A stretch of 63,859 bases of DNA, the filler included, from a bacterium (GTDB lineage Bacteria; UBP15; UBA6099; JAJRTR01): the NCBI GenBank assembly GCA_024278215.1. It is 5 parts of 5 records of this genome, joined end to end, with 100 filler letters (N's around TTAATTAATTAA, not from the genome) between each part and the next. Parts side by side here need not be neighbours in the genome. Positions count along the whole stretch, not along the records: positions 1 to 25,025 come from JAJRTR010000178.1; 4 more parts are not named here. One strand, given 5' to 3'. The notes under the pieces were generated by a model. That model ran no database searches, was not told the origin of the DNA, and worked only from the letters and a program-made list of their open reading frames with translations. Positions within the stretch are counted from its first letter, which is position 1. Each line of letters begins with the position of its first letter. This document shows, one piece after another, positions 8,818-19,320 of this stretch. The position numbers and the translations under genes were made by a program.

Positions 8818-10662
8818 TCAGCCGGCGGCCACCGGTTCGGGCTCTTCCTTCTTTATACCCGGCGACAGTTTCACTATCGCGTCGAACGGGCAGGACGTGT
8901 AGCACATGCCGCACTGGATGCACTTGTCTTTATGTATCTCGAACGGAATTTCCTTTTTCTTATTGCCGGTGATGGCGTCCGCGGGGCAGTTGCGCTTGCA
9001 GGTGCCGCAGAGCTTGCAGGCTTCCTGGTCGATCTCATATTCGAGCAGCGCTTTGCAACTGAGCGCGGGACAGCGTTTTTCGTTGACGTGTGCTTCGTAC
9101 TCGTGGCGGAAGTAGCGCAGAGTGGTGAGCACGGGGTTCGGAGCAGTCTGGCCGAGCCCGCAGAGCGAACCTTCCTTGATGGATACGGCCAGTTCCTCCA
9201 GAGTGGTGATGTCCTCCGGTTCACCTTCACCGGCGCAGATTTTCTCGAGGAGTTTCTGCATCTGTCTCGTGCCCATGCGGCACGGCACGCACTTCCCGCA
9301 GGATTCGTATTGTGTGAAATTAAGGAAGAAGCGGGCCATGTCCACCATGCAGGTTTCCTCGTCCACGACGACCATGCCGCCGGACCCCATGATGGAGCCG
9401 GCTTTCGCAAGCGTGGCGAAGTCGACGGGAGTGTCGAGGAATTCCTCCGGGAGACAACCGCCCGACGGGCCGCCGGTCTGGACCGCTTTGAACTTCTTGC
9501 CGCCGATGATCCCGCCGCCGATATCGAAGATAATCTTTCTGAGCGTCGTGCCCATCGGTACTTCGATGAGACCGCAGTTGGCGACCTTGCCCGTGAGCGC
9601 GAACACCGCTGTGCCGGGGCTGTCTTCCGTGCCGATGCTGTGGAACCAGTCCGGCCCGCGTGTGATTATGTCGCCGAGATATGAAAGGCTTTTAACATTA
9701 TTTATGATAGTGGGTTTGCCCCAGAGCCCCTGCACGGCAGGGAAAGGCGGTCGCGAGCGCGGCATACCTCTGCCGCCTTCGATGGAGCCTATGAGCGCAG
9801 TCTCCTCGCCGCAGACGAACGCGCCCGCGCCCCGGAAAACTTCCAACTCGAAATCGAATCCGCTGCCCTGTATGTTTTTGCCGAGCAGGTTCATCTCTTC
9901 AGCCTGCTTGATGGCGATTTCCAGCCGTTTGATCGCCAGCGGATATTCGGCACGGGCATAAATGAAGCCCTTTGTGGCACCGATGGCATAGCCCGCGATC
10001 ACGAGGCCTTCGATCACCTGGTGGGGTGTTGCCTCGAGGATCGACCTGTCCATGAACGCGCCGGGGTCGCCCTCGTCGGCGTTGCATATCATGTACTTCT
10101 GGTCCGTTTTCTGCGCCGCGCAGAATCCCCACTTGACCGCTGTCGGGAAACCCGCTCCGCCCCTGCCTCTGAGACCGGCCCGTTTCACTGCTTCAATAAC
10201 TTCCGCAGGCTGCATCTCAGCAAGCGCTTTTTTCATTCCGTCATAAATACCCGCATCCAGCGAATCCTGGATGACCTCCGGGTTGATGTGCCCACAGTTT
10301 CGCAGGACGATACGCTCCTGGTTCGCGTAGAATTGAATAGTCCTGTATTCACCGACCGGATCGCCCGAAACCGGGTCTTTATAGAATAGTCTTTCCACCG
10401 GAGTGTTGTTCTTGAGGTGCGACTCGACAATTTCCGGCACGTCTTTTTCCTTGACCGCCGAATAGAAAATGCCGTCGGGTTCGACGATGACAATGGGGCC
10501 CTGCTGGCAGAAACCATGACAGCCGGTAATCTTCATCCGAATGTCGAGACCCGCCGCTTTTATCTCCGCCTCCAGGGCATCATAAATCGGTACCGCGCCG
10601 GAGGAAACGCAGCCTGTCCCCTGGCATACGAGAACTGTGCGTGAACTGTTATCCTGTGTCAT
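8818..10662 (-). CDS. NuoF/HydB-like NAD(H)/FMN-binding subunit
   Basis: N-terminal thioredoxin-like 2Fe-2S, GRGGAGFP, NADEGDPG, CGEETAL, GGPSGG, CGKCVPC, C-terminal 2x4Fe-4S. Confidence 0.93.
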   Translation of the reverse strand: MTQDNSSRTVLVCQGTGCVSSGAVPIYDALEAEIKAAGLDIRMKITGCHGFCQQGPIVIVEPDGIFYSAVKEKDVPEIVESHLKNNTPVERLFYKDPVSGDPVGEYRTIQFYANQERIVLRNCGHINPEVIQDSLDAGIYDGMKKALAEMQPAEVIEAVKRAGLRGRGGAGFPTAVKWGFCAAQKTDQKYMICNADEGDPGAFMDRSILEATPHQVIEGLVIAGYAIGATKGFIYARAEYPLAIKRLEIAIKQAEEMNLLGKNIQGSGFDFELEVFRGAGAFVCGEETALIGSIEGGRGMPRSRPPFPAVQGLWGKPTIINNVKSLSYLGDIITRGPDWFHSIGTEDSPGTAVFALTGKVANCGLIEVPMGTTLRKIIFDIGGGIIGGKKFKAVQTGGPSGGCLPEEFLDTPVDFATLAKAGSIMGSGGMVVVDEETCMVDMARFFLNFTQYESCGKCVPCRMGTRQMQKLLEKICAGEGEPEDITTLEELAVSIKEGSLCGLGQTAPNPVLTTLRYFRHEYEAHVNEKRCPALSCKALLEYEIDQEACKLCGTCKRNCPADAITGNKKKEIPFEIHKDKCIQCGMCYTSCPFDAIVKLSPGIKKEEPEPVAAG

Positions 10663-11132
10663 TGTCCTTCCTCCTTATCAGCGGTTGCATACTTTTTAAG
10701 TGTTCTGGTTGCAGTCTTTGGTTTGAGGCGGCCGTGAACTTCCTGGTTGACGGTCATCACGGGCGCGAGCGCGCAACAACCGATGCAGGCGACGGTTTCG
10801 AGCGAAAATTCGCCGTCCTCGGTCGTCTCGCCTTCTTCGATGCCGAGATGCCTCTGCACATGTTCCAGTATCTGGTCCGCACCCCTGACATGGCACGCTG
10901 TCCCGCGGCACACGCAGACATGGTTCCTGCCCAGCGGCTCGAAGCGGAACATCGTATAAAATGTCGCTACTCCATATACTTTGCTTTTCGGCACCCCTGC
11001 ATGGGCGGCGATGCCGTCCATCGTCTCCTGCGGCAGGTAGCCGAATTCATCCTGCACGTGCTGAAGAATCGGTATCAGATCGGCAGGCGACCTCCCGTAC
11101 TCTCCCAGCACCTTTTCTAATCTCTCTTGCAT
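10659..11132 (-). CDS. NuoE/HydC-like 2Fe-2S subunit
   Basis: VATFY, CRGTACH, CIGCCALAP; overlaps the NuoF-like start. Confidence 0.92.
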   Translation of the reverse strand: MQERLEKVLGEYGRSPADLIPILQHVQDEFGYLPQETMDGIAAHAGVPKSKVYGVATFYTMFRFEPLGRNHVCVCRGTACHVRGADQILEHVQRHLGIEEGETTEDGEFSLETVACIGCCALAPVMTVNQEVHGRLKPKTATRTLKKYATADKEEGQ

Positions 11133-11396
11133 ATATTCCCTCCCAGCAATGTTTTACGTTTTGTTTTCTCACATTCAGATGAAGCCCATCAAATCCACAT
11201 ATACTCAGCTTTCTGTCCGCTCCACATTCATGAGAGAATTTTCTCAGAACAAACAACCGGCGCAGACGGGGCACACGCACCAAGGTCATATTATAACATA
11301 ATAATTCCATTATCAAATCACATAATAACATAGTACTTGGATTTTTCAGTGTAAAGACCAGTGCTTATGCTCAAAAACATGGTAGCTGTCCGACGT

Positions 11397-12956
11397 TCAA
11401 TCTTCGCCGATGACTTTACATGTGGAGATAATCTTTTCGAGTTCAGCCTTGCGAGCTATGACTTTTCTCTGGTATTCCTGAGCGATGTCGAGTTCGGCGT
11501 TTTCCGAGATGTCACCGAATTCGCGAGCTGTGACGATTGCTTTTGTCGCTTCGTTGAGCCCGGTGTCGACGATCTCCTTGAGTTCGGCCTGATATTTATC
11601 GAACGTGGCCCGAGTTAAGATAATACCGTCGTCTTCCTCGATGTGCGGGGCTTCTTCCTCGAGTTCGATGTCTTTGAACATTTCCTTGAACTTGTCGATG
11701 AAGTCTTCACGGTAGGAAAGTTCGATGGCGTTGCTGTCGCGGTACATCGCAGCGAAGAGTGCGGCGATATCGGGAGAACGTTTTTTCAGCGAGGCAAAGA
11801 TTTTCTTCTGGTTTTTCATAAGTTTCTGGAGTTCGTCTTCTTCTTTGGACACGCTGATGTCGTCCTGTGGGCGCACGGAGAAAGCGGAAGTCGTGTGGAT
11901 ATTGTTCAGGATGCGGAAGGTTTCCTGGAGAATATGCTTGACGTTCCGCCCGATTCTTTAGATGCCTTCAGGGGCGAGTATGGCTTTTCGCGAGAGCCAC
12001 ACAAACGGTTGGAGGTTGGTCATTATGTTGGCCATTGTAGTATCGAGAATTGTCATGATCGGTTCTTTGTCTTCATGAGCGAGAAGCGTGTCGAGCGTCC
12101 AGTCGCGCTGCTGTTTTTTGAAGCGCTTGCACATCTGGGTGCAGATATGAATAAACTCGTCGGGTTTGCGTTCCTTGAAGAGTTCGAGCAGTTTCGCGCG
12201 GACGGTAGCGTCGGATGTGTTTGCCAGGGCCTCGGCGGCGCTTTCCGAGTCCATCGACTCTATCTCGTCAAAGAGTTGTTCCTTGATGCACTCGAACTCT
12301 TCCTGATCCAGTTCCGGGAGGAAAAAGAGAGCTTCGAGGCGGATGCCCATGTTGTTCATTCTGCTCAAAGCTGTTCCGGTGAAGAATGACAGGGCGGATT
12401 CCTTGACTTCATCTACCAGTACACCTTTTGCCTCGAGTTTTTTCATTTCCCGGCCTATACGTTGTTTTTCTTTAAGCGAACGCGCTTTGCGGAATTTCAA
12501 CAGCAGGTCGTCTGCAAGCGCCGTCAGATCGCCTTTGTATTCGATTTTTTTGTTTTTATGCACTTCGAATCGGGGGTCCTCCTTGAGTATTTCCAGCGTG
12601 TTTTTCTGCCATTCATCCCATTCCTCCGGAGATATAAGGTCAGGAATAAATTCATTTTTCATCTCGGACAGAGAGAATCTGACGAGGCCGTCTTTCTCGA
12701 ATGCCAGAGCGGCCTCCAACGGATTTTCCTTTATTGCCTGCGAGAATTCTTCTTTATGCTCACGTTTTCTGAGCCAGAAACCGGCGGGGTCCAACTTCAA
12801 CAGCGGCGGCGTTTTTTTATCGCCGACCGGGTATATCTCATCCGTGCCGTTGTCGAATACTACGAGGATTTCCTTGTCGTCGCAGAGTTCCACTCTGCCG
12901 ATACCCCCGTCTTTGTTCCATACCAGATCGCCTTCTTTAAACTTTCCCGACATCAT
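11397..12956 (-). pseudogene. Large GreA-like transcription factor (long N-terminal extension plus GreA coiled coil), interrupted by an in-frame TAA at 11958-11960
   Basis: ORFs 11958-12956 and 11397-11876 share a frame (EGI*RIGRNV...); C-terminus has AREFGDISENAE, the GreA N-terminal-domain signature. Confidence 0.7.
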
Positions 12957-13017
12957 GAAGCTCCCGTCTTTTTAAGCGGTCGGGGGTCGTCCCGTCCGCA
13001 TTATTTCAGGACTTGAC

Positions 13018-13047
13018 ATTCTATGTATCTCGACTACAACAAGTCAA
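13018..13047 (-). promoter_or_regulatory. Putative sigma70 promoter of the GreA-like gene
   Basis: Minus strand TTGACT-N18-TAGAAT about 60 bp upstream of the start codon. Confidence 0.45.
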
Positions 13048-13311
13048 GATATTTCTTATTCTGTTTTTTGCCGTCCCGCGCCGCCGATGCGAATTACGCC
13101 GCATACGGCTCTGTAAAGGCTCTCGTGCCCGAAAAAAGATGGAACATATCCGGAATATGTCTGTCTCAAAATTATTAAGGTCTGTAAATGCCTGATTTAT
13201 GTCGAATATGGATTTTTGCGGGAACTGTTGTAAGAATTCAATGTTATGTTCCGGACGGCGCGTATTGAATGTAAACACATGCGTACGTCGCCCGTGAAAG
13301 GGGAGCGACCA

Positions 13312-14307
13312 ATGGAAGGATCACAGGATATCAGGGAACTCAACGAGATAATAAACCGCGAGAGCGCGTTTGTCGAGAGCATCATGGCGGAGGTGGGCAA
13401 ACGGCTTGTCGGCCAGAAGCAGATGATAGAGCGACTGCTCATCGGGCTGCTGGGCAACGGTCATGTGCTGCTCGAGGGCGTGCCGGGACTTGCCAAGACT
13501 ATGACTGTCAGCACGCTGGCGGATGTGATCGACACGAAGTTCCAGCGCATACAGTTCACTCCCGACCTGTTGCCGGCCGACCTGCTGGGCACACTTATAT
13601 TCAGTCAGAAGACCGGTGAGTTCACCACGAAGAAGGGGCCGATCTTCTCGAACCTGATACTGGCCGACGAGATAAACCGCGCGCCGGCAAAAGTGCAGAG
13701 TGCGCTGCTCGAGGCGATGCAGGATCGGCAGATCACTATCGGCGACGAGACGTTCCCGCTGGACGATCCTTTCCTTGTGCTCGCCACGCAGAATCCCATC
13801 GAGCAGGAAGGCACCTACCCGCTTCCAGAGGCCCAGGTGGACCGCTTCATGCTCAAGATACTCATCAGCTACCCCAGCCGCCGCGAAGAGGTGGACATCA
13901 TGCGGCGCATGGCGCGCGGCAGACCGGCGGAGGTCGCGAAGGTCGTCACTCCGGCGGACATAATCCGCGCTCGCGGCCTCGTCGAGCAGGTCTATATGGA
14001 CGAAAAGGTCGAAAACTATATCATCGACATAGTTATGGCCACGCGGAACCCGGAGGAATATAAACTGGAGGGGCTGGCGGACATGATCGAGTACGGCGCT
14101 TCGCCGCGCGCTTCCATCAATCTCGCGCGGGCCGCCCGCGCTCACGCCTTCCTGCGCCGCCGCGGGTTCGTGACGCCCGAAGATGTTCGCTCTATATGCC
14201 CGGATGTGATGCGCCACCGCGTCATCGTCAGCTACGAGGCCGAAGCGGAAGACATGACTTCGGACGAAGTCATCAAAAAGATACTGGACAGAATCGAAGT
14301 GCCATGA
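13312..14307 (+). CDS. moxR: MoxR-family AAA+ ATPase
   Basis: GVPGLAKT Walker A, RIQFTPDLLPAD, LADEINRA, ATQNPIE, EAQVDRF, GASPR. Confidence 0.95.
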   Translation: MEGSQDIRELNEIINRESAFVESIMAEVGKRLVGQKQMIERLLIGLLGNGHVLLEGVPGLAKTMTVSTLADVIDTKFQRIQFTPDLLPADLLGTLIFSQKTGEFTTKKGPIFSNLILADEINRAPAKVQSALLEAMQDRQITIGDETFPLDDPFLVLATQNPIEQEGTYPLPEAQVDRFMLKILISYPSRREEVDIMRRMARGRPAEVAKVVTPADIIRARGLVEQVYMDEKVENYIIDIVMATRNPEEYKLEGLADMIEYGASPRASINLARAARAHAFLRRRGFVTPEDVRSICPDVMRHRVIVSYEAEAEDMTSDEVIKKILDRIEVP

Positions 14308-15179
14308 TATCGACGGAACTGCTGAAAAAAGTCAGGCGCATCGAGATATACACCAGGAACCTCGTCAACAGTGTGTTCTCGGGTGAGTATCACAGTGTGT
14401 TCAAGGGGCGCGGCATCGAGTTCGCCGAAGTCCGCGAATACACTATCGGCGACGACATACGCACCATCGACTGGAATGTCACCGCGCGCACGGGCGAACC
14501 GCACATAAAGATATTCAACGAGGAACGCGAGTTGACGATCATGCTGCTTGTGGATGTCAGCGGTTCTGGGCATTTCGGCACCGTAAGCCAGTACAAAAAC
14601 GAAATCGCAGCCGAGTTGTGCGCGGTGCTGGCTTTCTCGGCCATAAAAAACAACGACCGCGTCGGGCTCGTGATGTTCACCGATAATATCGAGAAATATA
14701 TTCCTCCTAAAAAAGGACGCAAGCATGTGCTTCGTGTCATCCGTGAGATTCTCTCTTTCAAGCCGACCGCGACAGAGACGGACATAAACTGCGCCCTCGA
14801 GTTCATAAGTAAGGTCGTTAAGCGCAAATGCGTCGCGTTTCTCATGTCCGATTACATGTCGGGCGAATATGAGAAAGCCCTCAAAGTTGCTCATAAGAAA
14901 CACGATTTGATAGCGATAACACTTACCGACCCACGCGAATTGACTATGCCGAATATCGGTATCGTGAACCTCGAAGACGCGGAAACGGGCGAGCGGATTC
15001 TCGTGGACACTTCCAGCGCGCGTGTCCGCAGAGAGTTCGAGGAGCGCGCGGCACGGCGCATCAGCAGCCGCGACCGGCTTTTCCGCAAGATCGACCTGGA
15101 CTCGATCCCGGTGACGACCGACAAGTCATATATCGACCCGCTCGTGCGTTTCTTCCGTGCGCGCGCTAATAAGTTCTGA
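14304..15179 (+). CDS. DUF58 (vWA-like) MoxR partner
   Basis: GRGIEFAEVREY.GDDIRTIDWNVTAR and DVSGS; ATGA overlap with moxR. Confidence 0.92.
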   Translation: MISTELLKKVRRIEIYTRNLVNSVFSGEYHSVFKGRGIEFAEVREYTIGDDIRTIDWNVTARTGEPHIKIFNEERELTIMLLVDVSGSGHFGTVSQYKNEIAAELCAVLAFSAIKNNDRVGLVMFTDNIEKYIPPKKGRKHVLRVIREILSFKPTATETDINCALEFISKVVKRKCVAFLMSDYMSGEYEKALKVAHKKHDLIAITLTDPRELTMPNIGIVNLEDAETGERILVDTSSARVRREFEERAARRISSRDRLFRKIDLDSIPVTTDKSYIDPLVRFFRARANKF

Positions 15180-15203
15180 GCGATGGTTCGCAGAGGTGAA
15201 TGG

Positions 15204-16226
15204 ATGAAACATAACAACAGGATAACGCAAAGAATACACGGTGTTGCAGCAGCAGCGATAATCGTCTTTCTCTCGCTCGCTTTCTCCGGCTGCGCGGGCG
15301 GCGCGAAAAAGAACACCGAGCCATGGCTAAAAGATTATGCCGCCGAACTGATCGACAAGGGCCTGTACAAGGAAGCGGTCGATGCTTATAAGGATTTCCT
15401 GCGCACGCCGGACCTCGATCCGAAAATCAGGGCCAACGTCTATTACATGCTCGGCGATGTGTACCGCGAGCAACTCTTTGATTACAAAAGCGCGATGGCG
15501 AGTTACATGAAGGTGAAATACATTGATCCGGACACCGAACTGGGAGATAAAATAGATAAAAAAATCATCGAATGCCTCGAAAAGATGGGCCGCTCGACAG
15601 ATGCGAAACGCGAACTTGACAGAATAATCTCCAACAAGCCGCATGACACAGGCGACGAGAATATCGTGGCGCAGGTCGGCGGCAGAAAGATAACGGGCAA
15701 AGAACTCGACGGCATGATCTCACGCAGCTACATGGACCCGGATAAGATGACTGTCCGCGAAAAGGCGCAGTTCCTTCAGAGCAGAATCGCAAACGAACTC
15801 ATGGCCAATGCCGCCGAAAGGAAAGGCTACGGCAAGGATCAGGACACGCTTCTGCGCCTCGAGGACTTCAGGCGTACCCTGCTCGCCCAGAAGATTTTCA
15901 AGGAGGAGATCGGCGCGAAGGTCAGTGTCGACCCGGAAAAAGTCAGGCTCTATTACGAAGCCAACAAAGACGATTTTAAAGACGAGGACGGCAACCCGAA
16001 ACGGTTCGAGGATGTGCGCCGTGAGATTTACTCGAAACTCTACATGCAGCAGCAGCAGGAGGCGGCTCAGGATTACATACAAAGGCTCCTCAAGGCGGAG
16101 AGTGTGGACATTTATATGGAGAACATCAAAGGCGCGCCGGAACACGCGACCGGTGCCGGGGCATCCGTCGGGGAGCCCCCGCCCGGCCTCGATCAGCACA
16201 GCCTGCCTCCGGGCGGAAGCGACTGA
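15204..16226 (+). CDS. Lipoprotein with TPR plus SurA/PrsA-like chaperone domain
   Basis: Lipobox FSGC, TPR helices, then VAQVGGRKIT...KLYYEANK...FEDVRREI typical of foldases; no complete parvulin domain recognised. Confidence 0.6.
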   Translation: MKHNNRITQRIHGVAAAAIIVFLSLAFSGCAGGAKKNTEPWLKDYAAELIDKGLYKEAVDAYKDFLRTPDLDPKIRANVYYMLGDVYREQLFDYKSAMASYMKVKYIDPDTELGDKIDKKIIECLEKMGRSTDAKRELDRIISNKPHDTGDENIVAQVGGRKITGKELDGMISRSYMDPDKMTVREKAQFLQSRIANELMANAAERKGYGKDQDTLLRLEDFRRTLLAQKIFKEEIGAKVSVDPEKVRLYYEANKDDFKDEDGNPKRFEDVRREIYSKLYMQQQQEAAQDYIQRLLKAESVDIYMENIKGAPEHATGAGASVGEPPPGLDQHSLPPGGSD

Positions 16227-16278
16227 TAATATCCGGACAAAGCCGCCGCGCCACCGTTCCTGCGGGGATAACAATCGA

Positions 16279-17274
16279 ATGAGCTATATGATGATCAGAT
16301 TATCTGCAAAAACACACATTGTTCGAACAGCCGCGTTGCTGTTGCTGCTGCTGTTCGCTTCTTCACTTGCGTTCGCGCAGGCGGGACAAAAGCCTGTCAC
16401 ACTCAACGCCGAGGTCGACAAAGACACGATAACAATCGGTGATCCCATAACCTATACGATCTCAGTGGTTTACGGAAACGGCTACCATATCGAGCTGATG
16501 AATCCAGGAACGAATCTTGGCGAATTTGAGATTCGCGACTTCCACAAAGAGGGGCCGGTCAAACTCGATGACGGCCGCCTCAAGATCGTTAATGTTTATG
16601 TCATCTCGGTCTACGACACGGGCGAATTCACTATTCCGCCCTTTTCTATCGCCTACTGGAAACGCGAAGACGAAAAAGATACGCTCGCGACTAAAGAGAT
16701 AAAGATACATGTCAAAAGCATCCGCAGCGAAGACGCAAAAGACATACAGGATATAAAAGACCCGATAGCGGTGAAGCCGTCGTTTACAAAATATATCGTT
16801 GCCGGAGCCGCCGGATTCATTCTTTTCGCGGGGCTTATCGCGGCACTGATCGTGCTGGTCAGGCGGCGAAGACGGCTGAAAGCGGAGGGCCCGCCGCCGC
16901 CGAGAAAAGTTGTCCCGCCGCATATCATCGCCGTTCGCGAACTCGACGGGATCGAGGCGCTGGACCTGCCCTCGCAGGGCAGAATAAAGGAATATTATAT
17001 CGCGGTCTCGGAAGTGATACGGAAATATATCTATGGCCGCTACGGGGTCGTTACGATGGAGCGGACGACGGACGAGATCATGAGCGATCTTCTGAACCGA
17101 AATGTCAACCGGGAACACAGCGATCCCATCGGCGGGCTGCTCCGCGACGCCGATATGGTCAAATTCGCGAAATACAGGCCCGGTCGCGAGATGTGCGCCG
17201 ACGATATGAAACGCGCCCGAACGATTATAGAAATCACAAAGGAGACGCAGGCACCCGATGCAATTCGCGTATAA
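16279..17274 (+). CDS. Bat-operon membrane protein (BatD-like N-terminus, TM helix, helical C-terminus)
   Basis: Signal peptide, VDKDTITIGDPI, IQDIKDP, TM, YY..VSEVIRKY, ERTTDEI, ADMVKFAKY. Confidence 0.8.
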   Translation: MSYMMIRLSAKTHIVRTAALLLLLLFASSLAFAQAGQKPVTLNAEVDKDTITIGDPITYTISVVYGNGYHIELMNPGTNLGEFEIRDFHKEGPVKLDDGRLKIVNVYVISVYDTGEFTIPPFSIAYWKREDEKDTLATKEIKIHVKSIRSEDAKDIQDIKDPIAVKPSFTKYIVAGAAGFILFAGLIAALIVLVRRRRRLKAEGPPPPRKVVPPHIIAVRELDGIEALDLPSQGRIKEYYIAVSEVIRKYIYGRYGVVTMERTTDEIMSDLLNRNVNREHSDPIGGLLRDADMVKFAKYRPGREMCADDMKRARTIIEITKETQAPDAIRV

Positions 17275-18268
17275 AATACTGCTCGCGCTCCTGGCGCTTC
17301 TGCCTCTGCTTGCGCTCCTTTACAGGTGGCGCGAGCGGCGCAGGGGCACGCTCGTGTTCAGCGACATCAGTGTGTTCAAAGACATCCCCGCGACGGGCGC
17401 GGTGCGCCACAGGCACATATTGATCGTTCTGCGCCTGCTGGCGGTCGCCGCGCTGATTGTTGCTTTCGCGCGGCCGCAATCGACATCCAAAACAGAGAAG
17501 ATATACACCGAAGGCATCGACATCATCCTCGCGCTCGACGCCAGCGGCAGTATGAAGGCCGAGGACTTCCGTCCCAAAAACAGGTTCCAGGCGGCAAAAG
17601 ACGTGATCTCCGATTTCATCGGGCATACGAACAACAACCGGCTCGGCCTCGTCGTCTATGCCTCGAACGCTTACACGCAGTGCCCGCTTACGCTCGACTA
17701 CAGCGTGCTGCTCAACATACTCGACCGCACCACACTCGACATGCTCGACGGCAAAAGCACCGCTATCGGCATGGCTATCGCAACGTCGGTCAACCGCCTG
17801 AAAAAATCGAAAGCGAAAAGCAAGGTGATCATCCTGCTCACCGACGGGCGCAACAACAAGGGCGAGATCGACCCGATAACGGCGGCGCGTATCGCGGCGA
17901 CATTCGGCATAAAAATCTACACGATCGGTATGGGGAAGGAAGGCGGAGCGCCCATGTATGTCGATCATCCGGTGCTGGGGCGCATCGTCGCGCGCGATGC
18001 CAACGGCGAGATAATGATGTACGAAGAGCCGGACGAGGACACACTTGTCGAGATCGCCCGCATTACCGGCGGCCGCTATTTCCGCGCGACGGACGAGAAA
18101 AAACTGACACGTATTTATGAAGATATTGCGTCGATGGAAAAATCGAAAATAAAGACGGAACAGAAAATAAATTATACGGAATATTTCCAGTATCCGCTGC
18201 TGGCGGCCCTGCTGCTGCTGGCATTGGAGCTTGTGCTGGGAATGACAAGGTTCAGGACGCTGCCATGA
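17258..18268 (+). CDS. batA: BatA vWA-domain membrane protein
   Basis: ARPQ, MIDAS DASGSM, PLTLD, TAIG, LLTDG, TGGRYF. Confidence 0.9.
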   Translation: MQFAYKILLALLALLPLLALLYRWRERRRGTLVFSDISVFKDIPATGAVRHRHILIVLRLLAVAALIVAFARPQSTSKTEKIYTEGIDIILALDASGSMKAEDFRPKNRFQAAKDVISDFIGHTNNNRLGLVVYASNAYTQCPLTLDYSVLLNILDRTTLDMLDGKSTAIGMAIATSVNRLKKSKAKSKVIILLTDGRNNKGEIDPITAARIAATFGIKIYTIGMGKEGGAPMYVDHPVLGRIVARDANGEIMMYEEPDEDTLVEIARITGGRYFRATDEKKLTRIYEDIASMEKSKIKTEQKINYTEYFQYPLLAALLLLALELVLGMTRFRTLP

Positions 18269-19320
18269 TAAAGTTCGCAAGCCCGGAGATGCTGTACCTG
18301 CTGGCGTTGCTGCCCGCCGCCGCTGTGCTGGTGTGGCTGAGTTTCAGGCGCAGGCGGCGCGACCTTGCGGCGTTCGGCGACATGCGCCTCGTCGAAAAAC
18401 TCGCCGCGTCCGCCGCACCCGGCAAGCAGGTGACGAAATCAGTGCTGTTCCTGCTCGCTATGGCAGCCTTTATCATTGCGGCGGCGCGTCCGCAGGTCGG
18501 CACTAAGATGGAACTCGTCAAAAGAAAAGGTATCGACATCGTTATCGCAATCGACACTTCGGCAAGTATGAACGCCGAAGACGCGATGGGCAAATCAAAG
18601 GGCCGCCGCATCGAAAAAGCCGTCCACGAGATAGACGCGATGCTCGATATCCTCGACAACGACCGGGTCGGTCTCGTCGCTTTCGCGGGCTCCGCACACA
18701 TCCACTGTCCTCTCACACTCGACTACGATGCCGTTCGCATTTTCCTTAATGTCATTGACACGAACCTTGTGCCGACACCCGGCACCAACCTCGGCGCTGC
18801 GATCACAAAATCCATATCGATGTTCGATAAGCACGAAAAGAAATTCAAAGCCCTTATCCTTATAACCGACGGCGAAGGCTTTGCCGGAAAACCACTTGAT
18901 GTCGCAGAAAAAGCAGCGAAAGAAGGCGTGCGCATCTTCCCCATCGGCATCGGCTCGCCTCAGGGAACACCTATCCCGGTCTACGATGAAAACGGCGAGA
19001 AAATCGGCCTGAAAAAGGATAAAGACGGCAATCTCGTCCTGTCGAAACTCGACGAGGTTACGCTCGAGAAGATAGCGCTCAAAACCGGCGGGCGCTACTT
19101 CCCTGCTTCGCTGGGCGAGATCGAACTCAAGAAGATACACTCGGAAATATCCAGTATGGAAAAGAAGGAACTCGCCACCCGCAAGTACACACATTTCGAG
19201 GACAGGTTCCAGTGGCTCATCGGACTCGGTCTGTTGCTTCTGCTACTCGAATCTCTTATCACTACACGCAGCAGCGGCAACGGTGGTCAAAGGAGGTTTG
19301 CAGATGAAAAAGAAGCCTGA
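18265..19320 (+). CDS. batB: BatB vWA-domain membrane protein
   Basis: ARPQVG, DTSASM, PLTLD, ITDGE, IGIGS..G..IP, C-terminal RFQW. Confidence 0.9.
   Translation: MIKFASPEMLYLLALLPAAAVLVWLSFRRRRRDLAAFGDMRLVEKLAASAAPGKQVTKSVLFLLAMAAFIIAAARPQVGTKMELVKRKGIDIVIAIDTSASMNAEDAMGKSKGRRIEKAVHEIDAMLDILDNDRVGLVAFAGSAHIHCPLTLDYDAVRIFLNVIDTNLVPTPGTNLGAAITKSISMFDKHEKKFKALILITDGEGFAGKPLDVAEKAAKEGVRIFPIGIGSPQGTPIPVYDENGEKIGLKKDKDGNLVLSKLDEVTLEKIALKTGGRYFPASLGEIELKKIHSEISSMEKKELATRKYTHFEDRFQWLIGLGLLLLLLESLITTRSSGNGGQRRFADEKEA

Noticed and set aside
6138-9961. Long antisense ORFs over the FDH operon (likewise 31710-33041, 43277-44518, 50475-51659)
   Set aside because: Shadow ORFs of GC-rich coding strands with no recognisable motifs
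2004-11960. TAA reassignment or alternative genetic code
   Set aside because: Many intact genes end in TAA at their expected C-termini (e.g. pyrK, the epimerase, the HMGS-like gene)
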